Assembly (NCBI GenBank): GCA_949358305.1
Contig: OX442314.1
Span: forward strand, 13,950,001-14,014,000
Direction of reading: 5' to 3'
DNA length: 64,000 bases
Origin: Strigamia acuminata
Taxonomy: Eukaryota
A program made the position numbers and the translations under genes. Below are positions 19,943-33,700 of this stretch, one piece after another. The notes under the pieces were generated by a model. The model saw nothing but the letters and a program-made list of their open reading frames with translations. It was not told where the DNA came from and did not search any database. Within the stretch, counting starts at the first letter, position 1, and every line of letters starts with the position of its first letter.

Positions 19943-22900
19943 CTAAATATAACTATCATTTGTAACCAAAGTAGAGTCAAGTGCATTTAACAACTCCTGT
20001 CCTTGTAATAGATCTTGAGATTTATAAACTGGGGCATTCACTTCCATGTCCAGCTGAGTGATGTCCAATAAATTCGGTATCAAGCCGTCCGGAGTTATCA
20101 AAGAGGCCGCACAATTAGAATCACGAAACCGGATTTCCCTCGATTGCATTCCGTTATCACTTTTCTTTATCGTGTTCTGTCAAAATAAATTTTGTTACAA
20201 ACATAATTGCCAAAAAAAAATTAAACGTACTTTTTTAACTTCACCCTTATCCGTATAGCAACTATAACCGTGACTCACGTCGTGTCCACTCACTAACAGA
20301 TTCAGCAAAACGCTATTTTTAAATGTTGTCTTTTCATTATCTGATTTATTTTGTTTTACATCTTCCGTTTCTGCTGTGAAAGATAATAGGTGGAAATCAA
20401 TACCGGCAATTAGATAAATAAATGAAGAAATAAAAATCTTTGACCAACTTTGATCCATGGAAATGTCCATTTTGGCACGTTTGTTAACCATTTTTTTGGT
20501 ATTTGAGAGAGCTCTGCTTCTTTTTTGCGACTGTTTACACAAATTGTCTTCATCATTTTGAGCAAACGTTTCATTTTTGGAAAACATCGACTTTATAGTT
20601 CCTCCTCCGTCAAATTGAGATTTATATCTCACATCTTGCAAACAAAAGTAAATCATTCAATAAAAGGGTTTCAATTATGCGACAAATTTTACTTACCTAA
20701 ACTTAAATAATAATTTCTTTCAGAGCTTTTGCCAGAATTTGTCTTGAGTGGTAATGCTGATTGTAAAAGTTTTGCTAAACTGGATTTGCTGGTTATACTA
20801 TTGGAATTCGTAACCGTCGAGTCTGCTGACACTCTAAAACACAGAAAAAAATATTTTTATAACTAAGTAAATAATAGAACTCCAGCGACGACTCACTGTT
20901 TGTGTTGCGATTGCAATCCTTGCGAATCTGTCGACGGATTCCACAGATTTTCCGACGGTGTTAACAGGGGTAAATCTTCACCAACTCCAATTGGAATATA
21001 CGGCGCTCTTAAATCGAATTCATCTCCCTAAATCAATAAAAAAAAATTGTTTTTATCTTCTATAAACATAATTACAGAAATTCAGATACCAACCTCTAAA
21101 TCAACGTCCGATTTATCCGTGGATTCGACTTTCATTCCAAGAAACATAAGTCGATCAACAGAACCCGAGCTGTCATTATATTTGCTTTTCTCACTTTCGG
21201 AACTGATTAAATCGGCACTTTCTAAATCCCCAGGACTGTTTTGCTATGAAAAAAAAATAAAAAAAATAAGAAAAAAAAAATTAAATAAAATTTTTTTTTT
21301 TAAAAAACAATCAAAATAAAGTCTTACCTTACTACACAAATTGGGCACATCATCAGAATCTGTAGACGACACTCTATCCGCTCTAAAACTAAGAAGGGGA
21401 TCATTTGTCAATGGAATTGTAGTTTGAGTGTGCGAAGCATCATCTCCGATGCACGATAAATCAGTCATCATGTCAGAATCACAAAACGAATCCGTAAACA
21501 AAACATCTTCAAACATATCTGCGTGCCAAACAAACCGAATTGTTTGAAAAAAGCCTCATCTCTATTTAACTCACCGCAGTCTTACCATTGGAAAAGATTG
21601 GCACATCGAGAGGTATACAAACATCGCCGGATGTCGGTGCCAAATGAGTCAAATCGTCAGGCTCGTCGTTTAACACTGAATTAAAACAATCTCTATGTTA
21701 GAACATAGACAATTAAACAATTAATAAACAATTAAAAACGCACCAGTGTATCCCGATTCATCATCAATAAATGTGAGAAAGCCCTTATTCATGTCCTTGG
21801 TGCGAGGCGCGAAGATGGTATTTGTTGTGTTCAGAGGTGTGGATTCTGTGTGGTTACCTTCGCTGCGTTGTGTGTACTCTTTGGTGGGGCAAGCAGGTGT
21901 TTGTTCAATGGATACTATTTCATCCGCATTTTCCAAACCACTGTAAATAATTAGATATTGATTTCAAATCTTGTCCTCATTTGATCAACTTTTTTCTTCT
22001 TCTTATTCTTTTTTAAAAAAATCATTCGCACAAATGTTATGTAACGAGTGATGCAGCAGCTGCATTTGAGCTAATAGTTATGGCTTTAGGATGTGAAAAT
22101 AAAATTGGAAACTGCTAGAATAATTATCACAAGTAGCAATTAGTAGCAAAAAGAGATAATAATAAAAAAAAATGATCCGATAGACCCAGTTCTGGCTTTA
22201 AATAGTTGAAACCTACTTCTTCCCAAGTCAATGACACGTTATTAGTCAGCGCATTATGCACCTGAGACAACGATTCCAAGTTATAAATATATCCAACCCT
22301 GGCACAGACCTTGCAATTAGATTAATCCATTCCTTGGTCACTGTAAATGACCGGTTTCATATAATCGCTAAAAATAAATTAACATTTCAAACAGTCAAAT
22401 GTTGGTTACTTGCCACAAACGTCGCTTCGTGGAGTACCGTGCTAAGATTTCACTGGCGCATCCCCACCAAATTTAGCCAGAATAACTTATCAATTCTAAA
22501 GAATCCACAAATCCAAATTCCTCCCAAGATAATAAAATACACCGTATTTTAAATGTATTAAATAATAGCAAATAAAAAAAATGCAGCTGAACTTTGCTCA
22601 AACATCTCCATCACATACGACAACATCGTGACTACTGATTACTTATCACGTAATTAGACCGATCATAAACTTACCTCAAAATATAATTTACACAAACTAC
22701 GCAAAGTGGTTTCTTCGCTTTTCCGCCGTAGATAATCGTAGCTTGGGTTAAAACCCAAACATATCCACCACGCTTAGCCAGAAAGCGGTAGCATCCGGTC
22801 TCACACTGTCCCTTGGCGAACACTGCAAACAATAATTAAAAAGGTTCGAGATCATTGCCAAAACAAATAAATTAAAATAAAGATTATACAGGAGGAAGAG

Positions 22901-25900
22901 AAGAAGAAAAAAAGAATAATAAAACGTTTAATCAGCTACCAACTCAAAATTAACAGCGCAAATTCACGAAATATTTTTTATCACTCATAAAAAATAAAAT
23001 TTGATACATGCAGCCTTAATACTCAATAGGAATTAAACGAGTTAAAATGATGATAGATAGGGCCAATAAATCGTGTCTAAAACAACGTTTCCTGCTTGTA
23101 AAATCGGCAGTCAACAAGTGAGTGTGGAAATTTTAATCCAAAACAAAAAAATTAAATTTTTAAAAAAAGTTTCACAAAATCAATGAAAATGGATCGCAAA
23201 TATTTAACCGTTATTGATTTAATAAACAAAAATAAACCTAGTATAAATGAACGAAACAATTTGACGTGTAAGCACTCACAGTTGAATTAGGTTCCCAAAA
23301 AATCCTTGTAAAGATTGATAATGGGTGTGCACAACTCAAATATAGCTGGCAACTACTTTTATCTAGACGTGATTGGGCCCTCGCAGAGGAAGAGCAGTGC
23401 ATGAAGTGAAGCTACGTAAGAGAAAGTTTCGCTGCAAATCTGGGTCACCACTCGCAGAGATAAAACGACAAATAGGAACTGAGCAATGTACGGGCCAGTA
23501 GAGGAAACACGCCAGCCAACCAGTACAGAACTTGTTGGGAAGCACTTACACTCTATCGGTAAGGTGCAAGGTCAAGGCTCGTGTCTAGTTCGGATCTGCT
23601 CGTTAAGTACATTTTATTTCTCTTGGACTAAACACAATTTTTTTTCTTCCTCAACCGTCACTTTGTGTATAAATAAGCGATAAGGTTGATACAAAGCCGA
23701 GTCTTTTTGTTATTCCAACCATAAATACGTAATGGATAATTTAATGTGACATTTCAATGTTGTTGTTTTTTGCCTCTGCCACACTTTTGAAAGATAAGAA
23801 TAAACGACTAGCAGATGTCAACGTGAATGTTATCTGATATTCAGATTATTCAAATTTTAAATTTTAAATTTTAAATTTCAAAAAAAAAAAATTAAAATTT
23901 TTCTTAAGGTAAAAATGTTTCTTTTTTGGCGTTTGATGCTTTCCACATTTCTGAGCACTTGAAGAATAGCTTGATCTAAATACAAACGTTCGAGAATTAA
24001 AAAAAGACCCTTTTTTTAGCTGAAGGCAGCGCCAAGAATATTTTTACAAGAGCTGCACTTTTTTTCTTTTTTTTTTTTTTTTTTTTTTGCAAAAAAGTAT
24101 AATTTCATATTCCAAACTGATTTTTAGAATGAAAAATTAATTATGTATATTAACAAATCATGAATTTGTAAGCCATTTTTCATTTTCATAAATAAAAAAA
24201 TTGTTGAAAGAATTATTGTTTTGTAAAATTATATATTTTACTAACGTATTTTGTAAAACTTGTCAACTGCTTCCGCATCTTGCGCGTGATGAAACTGGTA
24301 GAGTTTTTTGTCTATTAGGTCGTCGCTTGAATAACCCAATATTTCATTGACCCTATCCCCAAAAAAAAATTCATAAATGTATAAATTAAATTAAATTAAA
24401 TATTTAATAATAAACTCTTACTTGTCGTCAACATAAGTAAAACTCATATCCAGATTATGTCTGCTGAGAAACGTTTGCTTGTCTAAAGGCACCTCGATAT
24501 CGGATGGATGTGCAATCGGTTCTCCAATAGCAACCATACAATTTCCAAGAGAGGGAATAAGTGTATTTGTCTTTGCAATATTCGACTTATTTTCTGGCTT
24601 CTCACTGATAACCAGTCCAGTGAAGTGGATTACCTAATCAAAAAACAATTTATTTTAAATTTTAATTACATAAATTCGAATAAAACATGTTTTTCACCTT
24701 GTACGAAGCGGATTTCATGTTGACACTTCTGCCTTTTTCAGAAATCGTGCATTTCATGCGTATAAACAAAGACCGGGTAGTCTGCTTGCTGTTTTCAACA
24801 TTTGATTTTAAATTCAGAGTTTCTCGAATTTCATGATGATCACAAGGATGAGTGTAATCGAAAACACTTTGACCGACTAAATCAACCTGAAACAACGAAG
24901 GGTTTTCTTAGTATTATCAAATTTAATCAATTTTATTACTCATTTTTATACTTGTGTCAGCCCCAAATATTGTGTCACGTTTTCAGACAGATATATAATT
25001 TCTCCATCTTCGCTTATAATCAAAAGAAATCCTTCGAGAGCTTTCATCAGTAGTTTGTCAGTCTTCTTTTCAACCGTTAGGTTAGTTAAATTCACTGCAA
25101 GCAATAAAAAATAAAATTATAAAATTCAATTCACTGTATGAAACGAAAATTAAGTTGATTACTTTGATTCAAAAGATGCCTGATTTTAATGTAACCAATT
25201 GCTACTCTCATAATTGAAGCTTTGTCCAACTGATTGCACATGTTGGCTGGAAGCGGCAATTCATCTGCCAACTGGGTAAAAATTTCGCACTCCATGCCTC
25301 TGCGATTGCGCGCCGCAACTCTTGATTTCTCCTTTCGTTTCTCCGAATTCCTGTTTTTAAAACATAAAAATATTAAATATTAAATTCATCAACAACAAAA
25401 CAAAATAATTTTTAACACTTTCATCAACATCAATCATGTTAAAATTTAGTTTTCTCCAATATCAGCCTCATTTACGTAAGTCGTTACTCAATTTAATAAT
25501 CCGTATAATAACCTTTGGTCTTGACCGGTTTGGGCAAAGAGGAGGACTACAGTGCAGGTCAAGTAAAGTAGGTTAAAGAAGGGAAAAAAAACCTATCCTC
25601 ATTTTTTATCTTTAAATTTCTCTTATTTTTTTTCTTTTCTTTCGTATCTCATAAAATAACGATTTTTCAAAATGTAAAAAAAAAATGTTGCATTTTTCTC
25701 TGCTCGTGACCCTCATTGAGTGAATAAAATACAACTACCGGTAGGCCCCCTATCCATAAAAAGAATTTTAAAAAAGTATAAAAAATCAAAATTTACAAAT
25801 AAATAAATATATAAATATATAAATAAATAAATAGTCAACAACAAAATTGTTAAAATATTGCATCAGACAATTTTTTGTAAACGGTATTATATTATATCGG

Positions 25901-26153
25901 GTTATTAACGTAAAAAACATTCATTTTTAATTTCCAATCACAATTGTACACACCCGGATCATCTATGAATGTCATGATCAACAATTCATAGACTTACAAG
26001 GCAGGCTAGATGTGATTGTATCTACGTGTAGAACCTGTGCCCGAAGCCCATTTTGAATCTGTCGGTACTTCATTTTTTTCCACGTTGAAATATTTTGTTA
26101 AAAAATCTGTACCTGCGTTTTTCCTTGGGAAAACTCATGGACCGCGTAGCCAT
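19943..26153 (-). CDS. HIF1A: Hypoxia-inducible factor alpha (bHLH-PAS, sima-like)
   Basis: Exon 1 26153-26113 ([14 protein letters not shown]). bHLH exon from 25350 ([20 protein letters not shown]...LDKASIMR). [17 protein letters not shown]...[40 protein letters not shown] and [67 protein letters not shown]...[15 protein letters not shown] at 19943-19945. Confidence 0.95.
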
Positions 26154-27758
26154 GACCGTAGATATACAGTAATTTCTTAAAAGTAAATAAAATAAGAAAG
26201 TCAGCGTCCTTGGTTTGTTTTGAGGACGGTTTTCAGCTATGGTGTACTGAGCCGACCTGATAAGATAAACATTTCCGCTATTGTAACGCCATCGCTTGTC
26301 GAATTTGGGACCTAATGAAACCTGTTTTTCTTCCACAAAAAAATATTAAGGCGCACCTATCTGGAATAAACCGCATTATAACTAGAATCAGAATTGGGAA
26401 CGAATAAATTCCGTTGTCAGATCTTGATTAGTGCCAATTAAATCAAGAATTCTGTTTCCTGACATTAAAATATGAACTTGCTTTGTAAATCATTTCAAGA
26501 CTTAATTTTGGTTTTTCTGCACCTTTACCAGATCGAACAAATTTTATTTTTTGCAGTATTCCTCAATTAGTTGTCGGCAATCTTGCAAAGTTGAATAAAA
26601 TTTAAACTAGCCATCTTAATCTTCCAACGATTGTTGTTGATTCAGCTTTGAAATTGAAAGGAACATTCTCTTTTATGGTAAAATGGTTGACCACAATTTC
26701 AAGGTCAAAGATCAATATTCATGGGAAATCACCACCTCACAATTCCTATTTAATTGTTTCAACAGTTTTGAATTTCTGGTTTGTTCTTCAGTAATTCGCC
26801 TGGACCAGTTTTAAGGACACACCCCCCTGTATGTCGATTGTGTGGTAAATTAATACTTTTACGGCTTTTTCAAACGCAGTGAATCTCCTCGAGACTAGAC
26901 ACCCCTTTGAGACCTGTCTAATTACCGGTAATGCTAAAAGCTCCCTCTGGACTAGTGACACATGATCAATTTTTGAGGAACAATTATTTTTCATTTTGCA
27001 ACTGACACTCTTGGATGAAACCAATTAAAACTCATCATTATAGCTCAGTCTATCTAATAAGTCTAAATCTAAACTTTGAAATGTTGTTACCGGTCAATTA
27101 GACGATACGGTAGTGTTTCATTAGCAATGCTTCCTGTAATTGGTGTGACGTTTGCCGAAGAATTCTGAGAAAAAGTATTTATGAAAGTATTATGAAAAAA
27201 TTAAAAATGATACAGCAAATTTTATATCTTTTATTTTGAAATTGAGACGGTTTAAAGAATAGTTCCATCTCTACAGCTGGCAGCTCTGTTCAAGACCGAA
27301 ATACCAAAAAAATGTTTTACTGGTTTGGATGAGTATCTTAAAGTTTAAGGTAGGTGTAAAATCAGAAAAATATATTTTTTCTAATTTGTTCAAACCAATC
27401 TAGACAGCGATTGAATTTCAACGACCAATTGTCAGTTTGTACGAAAATTCGTATAATAAAAAAGAAACTTAAGAGTGCATTTTAAATTAGCCAACCTAAT
27501 ATCACATAAAAACGGTATTTTGTATTTTGGTATTTTGTATTGTATTGTGACACTTAGCATGGTCATAGCTCCGTGCAGGGATTCGGCCATGCAAGACGCG
27601 ATCTGTGAGTTTCAGTTTTCGTATAAATCGAGCCAAACCGAACCAATCGTTGTAATAAGGACTAAGGAGTGTCAATTAATAAACTAAAAAACTTTTTTTG
27701 CACACAACATAAAAGAAACAGTAGTACATGAATTTGAAAAATTATTTACATAAGTTAA

Positions 27759-30700
27759 TCATTGTTCTGAGAACTGCTTTACAGAAGACATTTGTGGAAA
27801 ATTTATGGCTTCGTTATTAAACATTATTAAATTATTGCGAATGTCTTTCAATGTATTTTCACTCGAGTACCTCTGAAAGAAACAGAAAAGTTATTATAAA
27901 AGACAAATCGAAAAATATATATGCGTTAAGACAAAACAAAATACCGCCAAAATCTTCGTTCGGTAATCAACTTCTGATATGTGAAATAAACAACCAATGC
28001 CAATTGCCGTTTGACCAACCGTAACAAATTCTGAACACAGTTTTTCCAAGAAAGAGGACGAACAGACGGGACTCCTGTAAAATTAAACAACCGGTATTAG
28101 TAAAATCTCAAAAACCAAAGTTAATTACATTCATACCTGTACAATTTTTCCGCTATTTGCACATAATCGATTACTTTTGTGTCGTTACTAAAAGTGCCTG
28201 ATGATGTGAAAGCGTTAAGAAACGGTAAATACGTAACAAAAGATGGAAATGATTATATATTCTACCATTTTGAAAGGGCCAGATTAAGATAAACTGCCAA
28301 GCTGCAATGAATGACTGTGATTGCCAAAGTTCCGTCTTAAGATTATTTGCTAACATAAATTTTTCAATGCTGACGGCCATTTTTTGCGACACCATTTCAT
28401 CTAGAAGATCTTCGTGCAATTTTACATTTTTGATCTTGAAATCCAGACAAAAACTTGAAACTAGGTCGACAACCTATGTCATTTTTAAATTAAACATTAA
28501 TTTTTTTCAGAAAAGTAATTGTTTAAACGTTAAACTATACTTTAGGGCTACGATTTAGTTTGCTCCAAACTCCACACGCTAAGTTTTCCTTATTACAATT
28601 TAGAAATGACGTCAACGTAAGATGAAAGCTCAAATTCTCCAGTTGGGACAAATAGTAAAATGCCAGCAAAAATTGACTGAAAATTAACAAATTTAAATAC
28701 GATATATTATTTATTTTTAATGAAATAATCTAACCGAACATCAGAGATGAAATTCTTGCTGTATCTTTGTATATCGACTGGATCTGCAATAGCAGCCAGG
28801 CATTTTAAAGCGTTGTATCGGTAGACATAATTTATGCAAGACTCCTCCTATTTTCACATCAATAAATAAATTAACATTGCAATTCTAATACGAATAATTT
28901 CAGTTTACCTGTACAATTTTAGCCAATAAATACAGCACACACTGCTCATTGGGTAAGTGCTGTAGTATGTAAATAGCGCTGAAAAGCAAAAAATATTAAC
29001 GAAAATTTCGAAAAAGAAAAAATTTAATATAAAATACTTTTCCAATAAATCATCTTGTTGTGCGTCCACTTTGGAACTGCTCTGCGCTAGCCATTTGTCA
29101 ATTAGCTTCATCTCTATTTCTCCGTGATTTATTTCATGAATTTTCGCTATTTCTTCAATTACTTTATAGACTGCAAAAAATGTAATCATTTGGAGGTGAT
29201 GTATTCAGAATAGTTGAATAAACAATTACGTTTATCGGTTTTTTTCTCATATAAATGAATTAAGAGCTTAATGGGAGTACGAATTAATCGTAAAGTTTCT
29301 TCGCTTCTTAGATTATAGTTTAGCAATACAACTTCTGTTGATATTCGTTCAAAATCTCGTGCGAGCTTCTTATGAATATCATCAAGCGTCTAAAAATAAG
29401 AAAACACCAGTTAAATCAATAAAACCGTTAAACTTTCTTAAAACTCACCCTTGACGAGAAATGCATAGTTACCAACGGCATCTGAAATTTACATTAATTA
29501 ACCGGTTAAAACATAAGAAGTAAATTTTAAAAATATTCACTCACATTTTCACGGTAAGTAGACACCCAATGTCTTGCTAAATCTAAGTTAGACTTAGCAG
29601 AATAAACCTTTTCCGGCCCTGTTACGATTGAAAGCAATTAATTTTACGATTTAATAATTATTTGTATTATAAATCTCACCAAGCGGTAAATGTTCGGTAA
29701 CCCATTTACCACATGGAAGGGCAAGATTAGGATCAGTAATTTGTTTGATAATTGTAAAAATCTTCTCTAATTTTGTTTGTGGAAATGGTCGAGTGTGAAG
29801 TTCATCAATTATTTGCGATTTTTGAACAAGTGTCTGATTAATTTCATTGTGAACAGCAACTGCTAAGATTTCGTTACTGTTTGACACCTAGAAATAAATA
29901 AAAATAAATAAATATTCGACAATAAAATTTTCAAATTAAATACTGTACTTGAAACAATGGAAAGGCACAAATCCAGATGTCTATCGTGTCCATGTTTAAT
30001 TCTGCAGCTGAAAATTATAATTACCGTAAATATTTTGTATTGTAATCCACGTAATGCCATAATATTTATTTACATAAGATATTCCAAGGATTTTCATTCA
30101 TAAATGTGTGAAAAGGAAGTCTATATTTAACGTGCTCGCAGTGAAACTAAAAAATAAAATGAATTTCTTTTACATCATGAAATTTACAGTTTCAATGGCC
30201 GAACCTTTTGAATTAATTCATTTTCATTGTCACGTGGCGGTTGAACTCGACGATATGCAAACAAAAATTGTAACAAATCTATCCTCTAGAAATTCTCAAT
30301 TTATTAAAAGCCGGATGTTAATATCATAAGATATCTTACTTTTTGAATGGTTTCACTTTCCTTCGAGTCTTCCTTATCAACCAAACTCTTAGCATGACTA
30401 AGTATTATTAAAATATTTTCATAATTGTACGGGCTCATCTAAACGTGATAAAATGTGAAATACCAGTGAAATAAATACTTCCTAAAACCACAAACCTTTT
30501 TCAAAATAGATTTAAGTTTGCTTAACAAGCAACCCCTGTTTTCAACCGAAGAAATTACTTTGTCAACAACATTGCTCAATTCTGCACATGCAGAACTTTC
30601 TCCGCCAATATTATCGCAATTTGTCAAAAGGCATTCCAAGTAGTAAACGAGGCCACTATCCAGACATCCAACAAAAGCGGTACAAAACTCAGTAACAAAT

Positions 30701-33700
30701 TCAAATGATATCGACCGATCCGATGCAAACTTTCGAATACAATTTTGCCAATTAATTTCATCTTCTAATCCACTTGAACCTACAAAAATATACAATGTAT
30801 TAAATTGTATTAAATTTGTATTAAATTAATACCAAAATCTGAATCGATCTTAAGATCACTAATTTTTTTCTTCCACAAGACTTGCTTATGCAATGACATA
30901 AAGCGTTCTTGTTCTTGAGGAATATCCAAAAACTTGAAAATAAGGTAAGCTAAATCAGCAACGGGCTCGGTTTGTTCACAGTCATAGCTGAAACTAAAAG
31001 AAAATTATTAAAAATTTGACGATTTCTGATAGTTTTGTTTATCCCTAACTTTCTTAATGTTTTCTCTAATAAATCCTTCAAAATCTCTACTGGTAAACAA
31101 ACGCCTAATCCCAATGCGAATTGCTTGTCTAAAGGTTTACGATTTAAAACATTTTTAAACAAACTCGTGATCAAAAACTGGATCTTATAAACATCCTTCC
31201 AATGTCCATTCTCCAGTTTTTTCTGAAATTTAAAACAAACAAATTAATTAATTATCAATTTAACGTTCAGCGTGGTTTGTCTTACTTCGTTGCATACATT
31301 GCTTTCCAAATAACCATTACATTCTGACGCTAGTTCGAGTGACAGCACAAGAGCTCCTTTAGATTGCAATAAGCCGCACGTGTGCTTGCTTAGTGTGATC
31401 ATATCTGATTGATTTTTTTCATCGCTCTTATCCATTTGAAGAGTTGAAATTAACGACAAAACGGAATTCGTTAAAGAATCATCCGAATCGGCGATAATGA
31501 AAACCAACTCTTGATATAATCCACTTGTGTAAACATTTGTCTGAAATTTAAATTTAATTACCGTAATTAATTAATTGACCTAAAAAATTATTTTTAAAAA
31601 ATTTGTACTTCATTAGAACTCAATTGCACCAAAACTGATGCTAATTTCTGTATGAACACGGATGTATTTAATTCTTCTGCTAGAAAAAGAAAAGAATATA
31701 TACATAAAACACTACTTGTAGTCATGTGTAAAACCCTTGCCTTCTTTACTATGAATAAGACTCAAAGTTATCAATTCGTGAACATCAAATAGAATCTGTT
31801 TTTCATCGGGAGTTGGTAAATTCATGTAAACAACACTTGCGAGTAGTTTACAGCAACAGTGTAGGAAATTATTGGAGTTTATATGTGAACAATCCAATTT
31901 TAAGTGTCTAGAAATAAAAATAAAATATAAAATAAAAGCACAATTAAAGTTTTACATTCGTATTTGCATACTGCAAAACTTCAATTGCTACTTCGCCATT
32001 TTTGTTGTCGATCGCTTCATTTATCAAACACTCTGCGACGTCTTCCAAATTTAGATTCATTACTTGTCCTAATCTAATACAAAAAGTTCATTTACAAAAT
32101 TTCGCTTTAAAATCGACTATTAATTCACGCAAACCGAAAAAGTGCATTAAGTTTTGTCCTGTCTACCCCATTAGTAAACATATTATTCATTTGTTGTTGA
32201 AAAGTGTTTTTGCAGTGCAAAGTTGATTCCAATTGGTCCACCGACAGATGAATGTCAAATTCTGTCTAAAAAATTCAAAACATATTATAAATCTTACTAA
32301 ATAATTTTAATACAAAACTTTTAGTACCTTTAATGCAATGATGCTCTCAAATTTTCCTCGTTGGATCTCAAACTCCTCAGTACTACACCGAACAGCCGTA
32401 TACTTAATTACAGTTAAAGCTGCTTTAATGTTTTGAATTTCCTCACTTATCTACGAAAAAAAAACCAACGTAAAATCAATAAGCACAAAAATAAATATTT
32501 TTTTTGGTTTTTTTTTTTTACATTTTCAGAGAGATTAATTTCGTTGTTTGCATTTATCAAAAGGATTACATAGTTTACAAATCGATGGCAACACACGAGT
32601 AAGCTGCCTTGCGGTATAGTCCTCATAACAGATATAAAATCGTCCTCCTACAATAGAGATAATTAACTTTCCTAAAAAAATATTTTTTTATAAATATTTA
32701 AACGACTTACGGAGGCGTTATTTACTAAATGCTGTAATTTAAAAAGATACACATCATTCTCGTTTATCATCCCATCACTTAATTTTGAAATTTCTAAAGC
32801 ATCGGATAACGAGGTGGAACTCTTTTGCATCGCAATATATTGTGTGGTTTGCTAAATTATCGATAAAACAATGCACTTAATTACACTTACACGTTATATG
32901 CGATCATAATTACCATAATAAGTTTTTTGTTTGACAAATTAAAATTTTTCAATCCATATGGAATCAATATTTTTTTTACTTCAGCAAATCGAACTTGTTC
33001 TTTGATTTTCAAAACCCTTAAATATTAAAAAAAAAAATTAATTGCCTGTCTAAATTGTATTTATATTATTTTTTTCAACCTACATTAAATGATTTAACGG
33101 CAAAGATTTTTCCACCAAATCTGTAACAGTTTCATTCCACGGAATTTCCGCACTTAAAACCACAGCTAAAACAGCTTGACAAATACACTGCAAAAAAGAA
33201 TGTTACAAATTGTTATTGTTCAATAGCCACAACAAATAATCACCTCATTGCTAAAAATATTTTGGAAAATGGTTAGAATCCTTTCATTTACATAGACATG
33301 TTCCCAACTACTGGCGCACATGTAAGACAACATTTTCTGCAATAAAATACACGTAACATTATAAAGCATTACCAAAATTAAAAAAAAACATCTCACTTCC
33401 AAATATGCCACAAGCAAAACATCCGTATTTAGACCAAATCTCTTTGCGAATGGTGCGAGATAACCCGAAATAAATCCTGGCAAATTTGTATTTTCAAACA
33501 CATCATCGAGCATTTGACAACACACTCCTGTTTTGTCTTGTTGGATCAAATTAGTGTAACTTATATAGCATTTGTAATCATTCCATAACACCCGCAAATC
33601 TTCCAATTCCTCTTTAAAATTTGTCAAGAGTGTAACAGCACAGTTGTTTGCCTACAGTTAGTACAAAAAGGTTTAGAATAAATGTACACTTCTACAACAG

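Noticed and set aside
26023..26028. TACGTG hypoxia response element in HIF-alpha intron 1
   Set aside because: A 6-mer is expected many times by chance in 64 kb.
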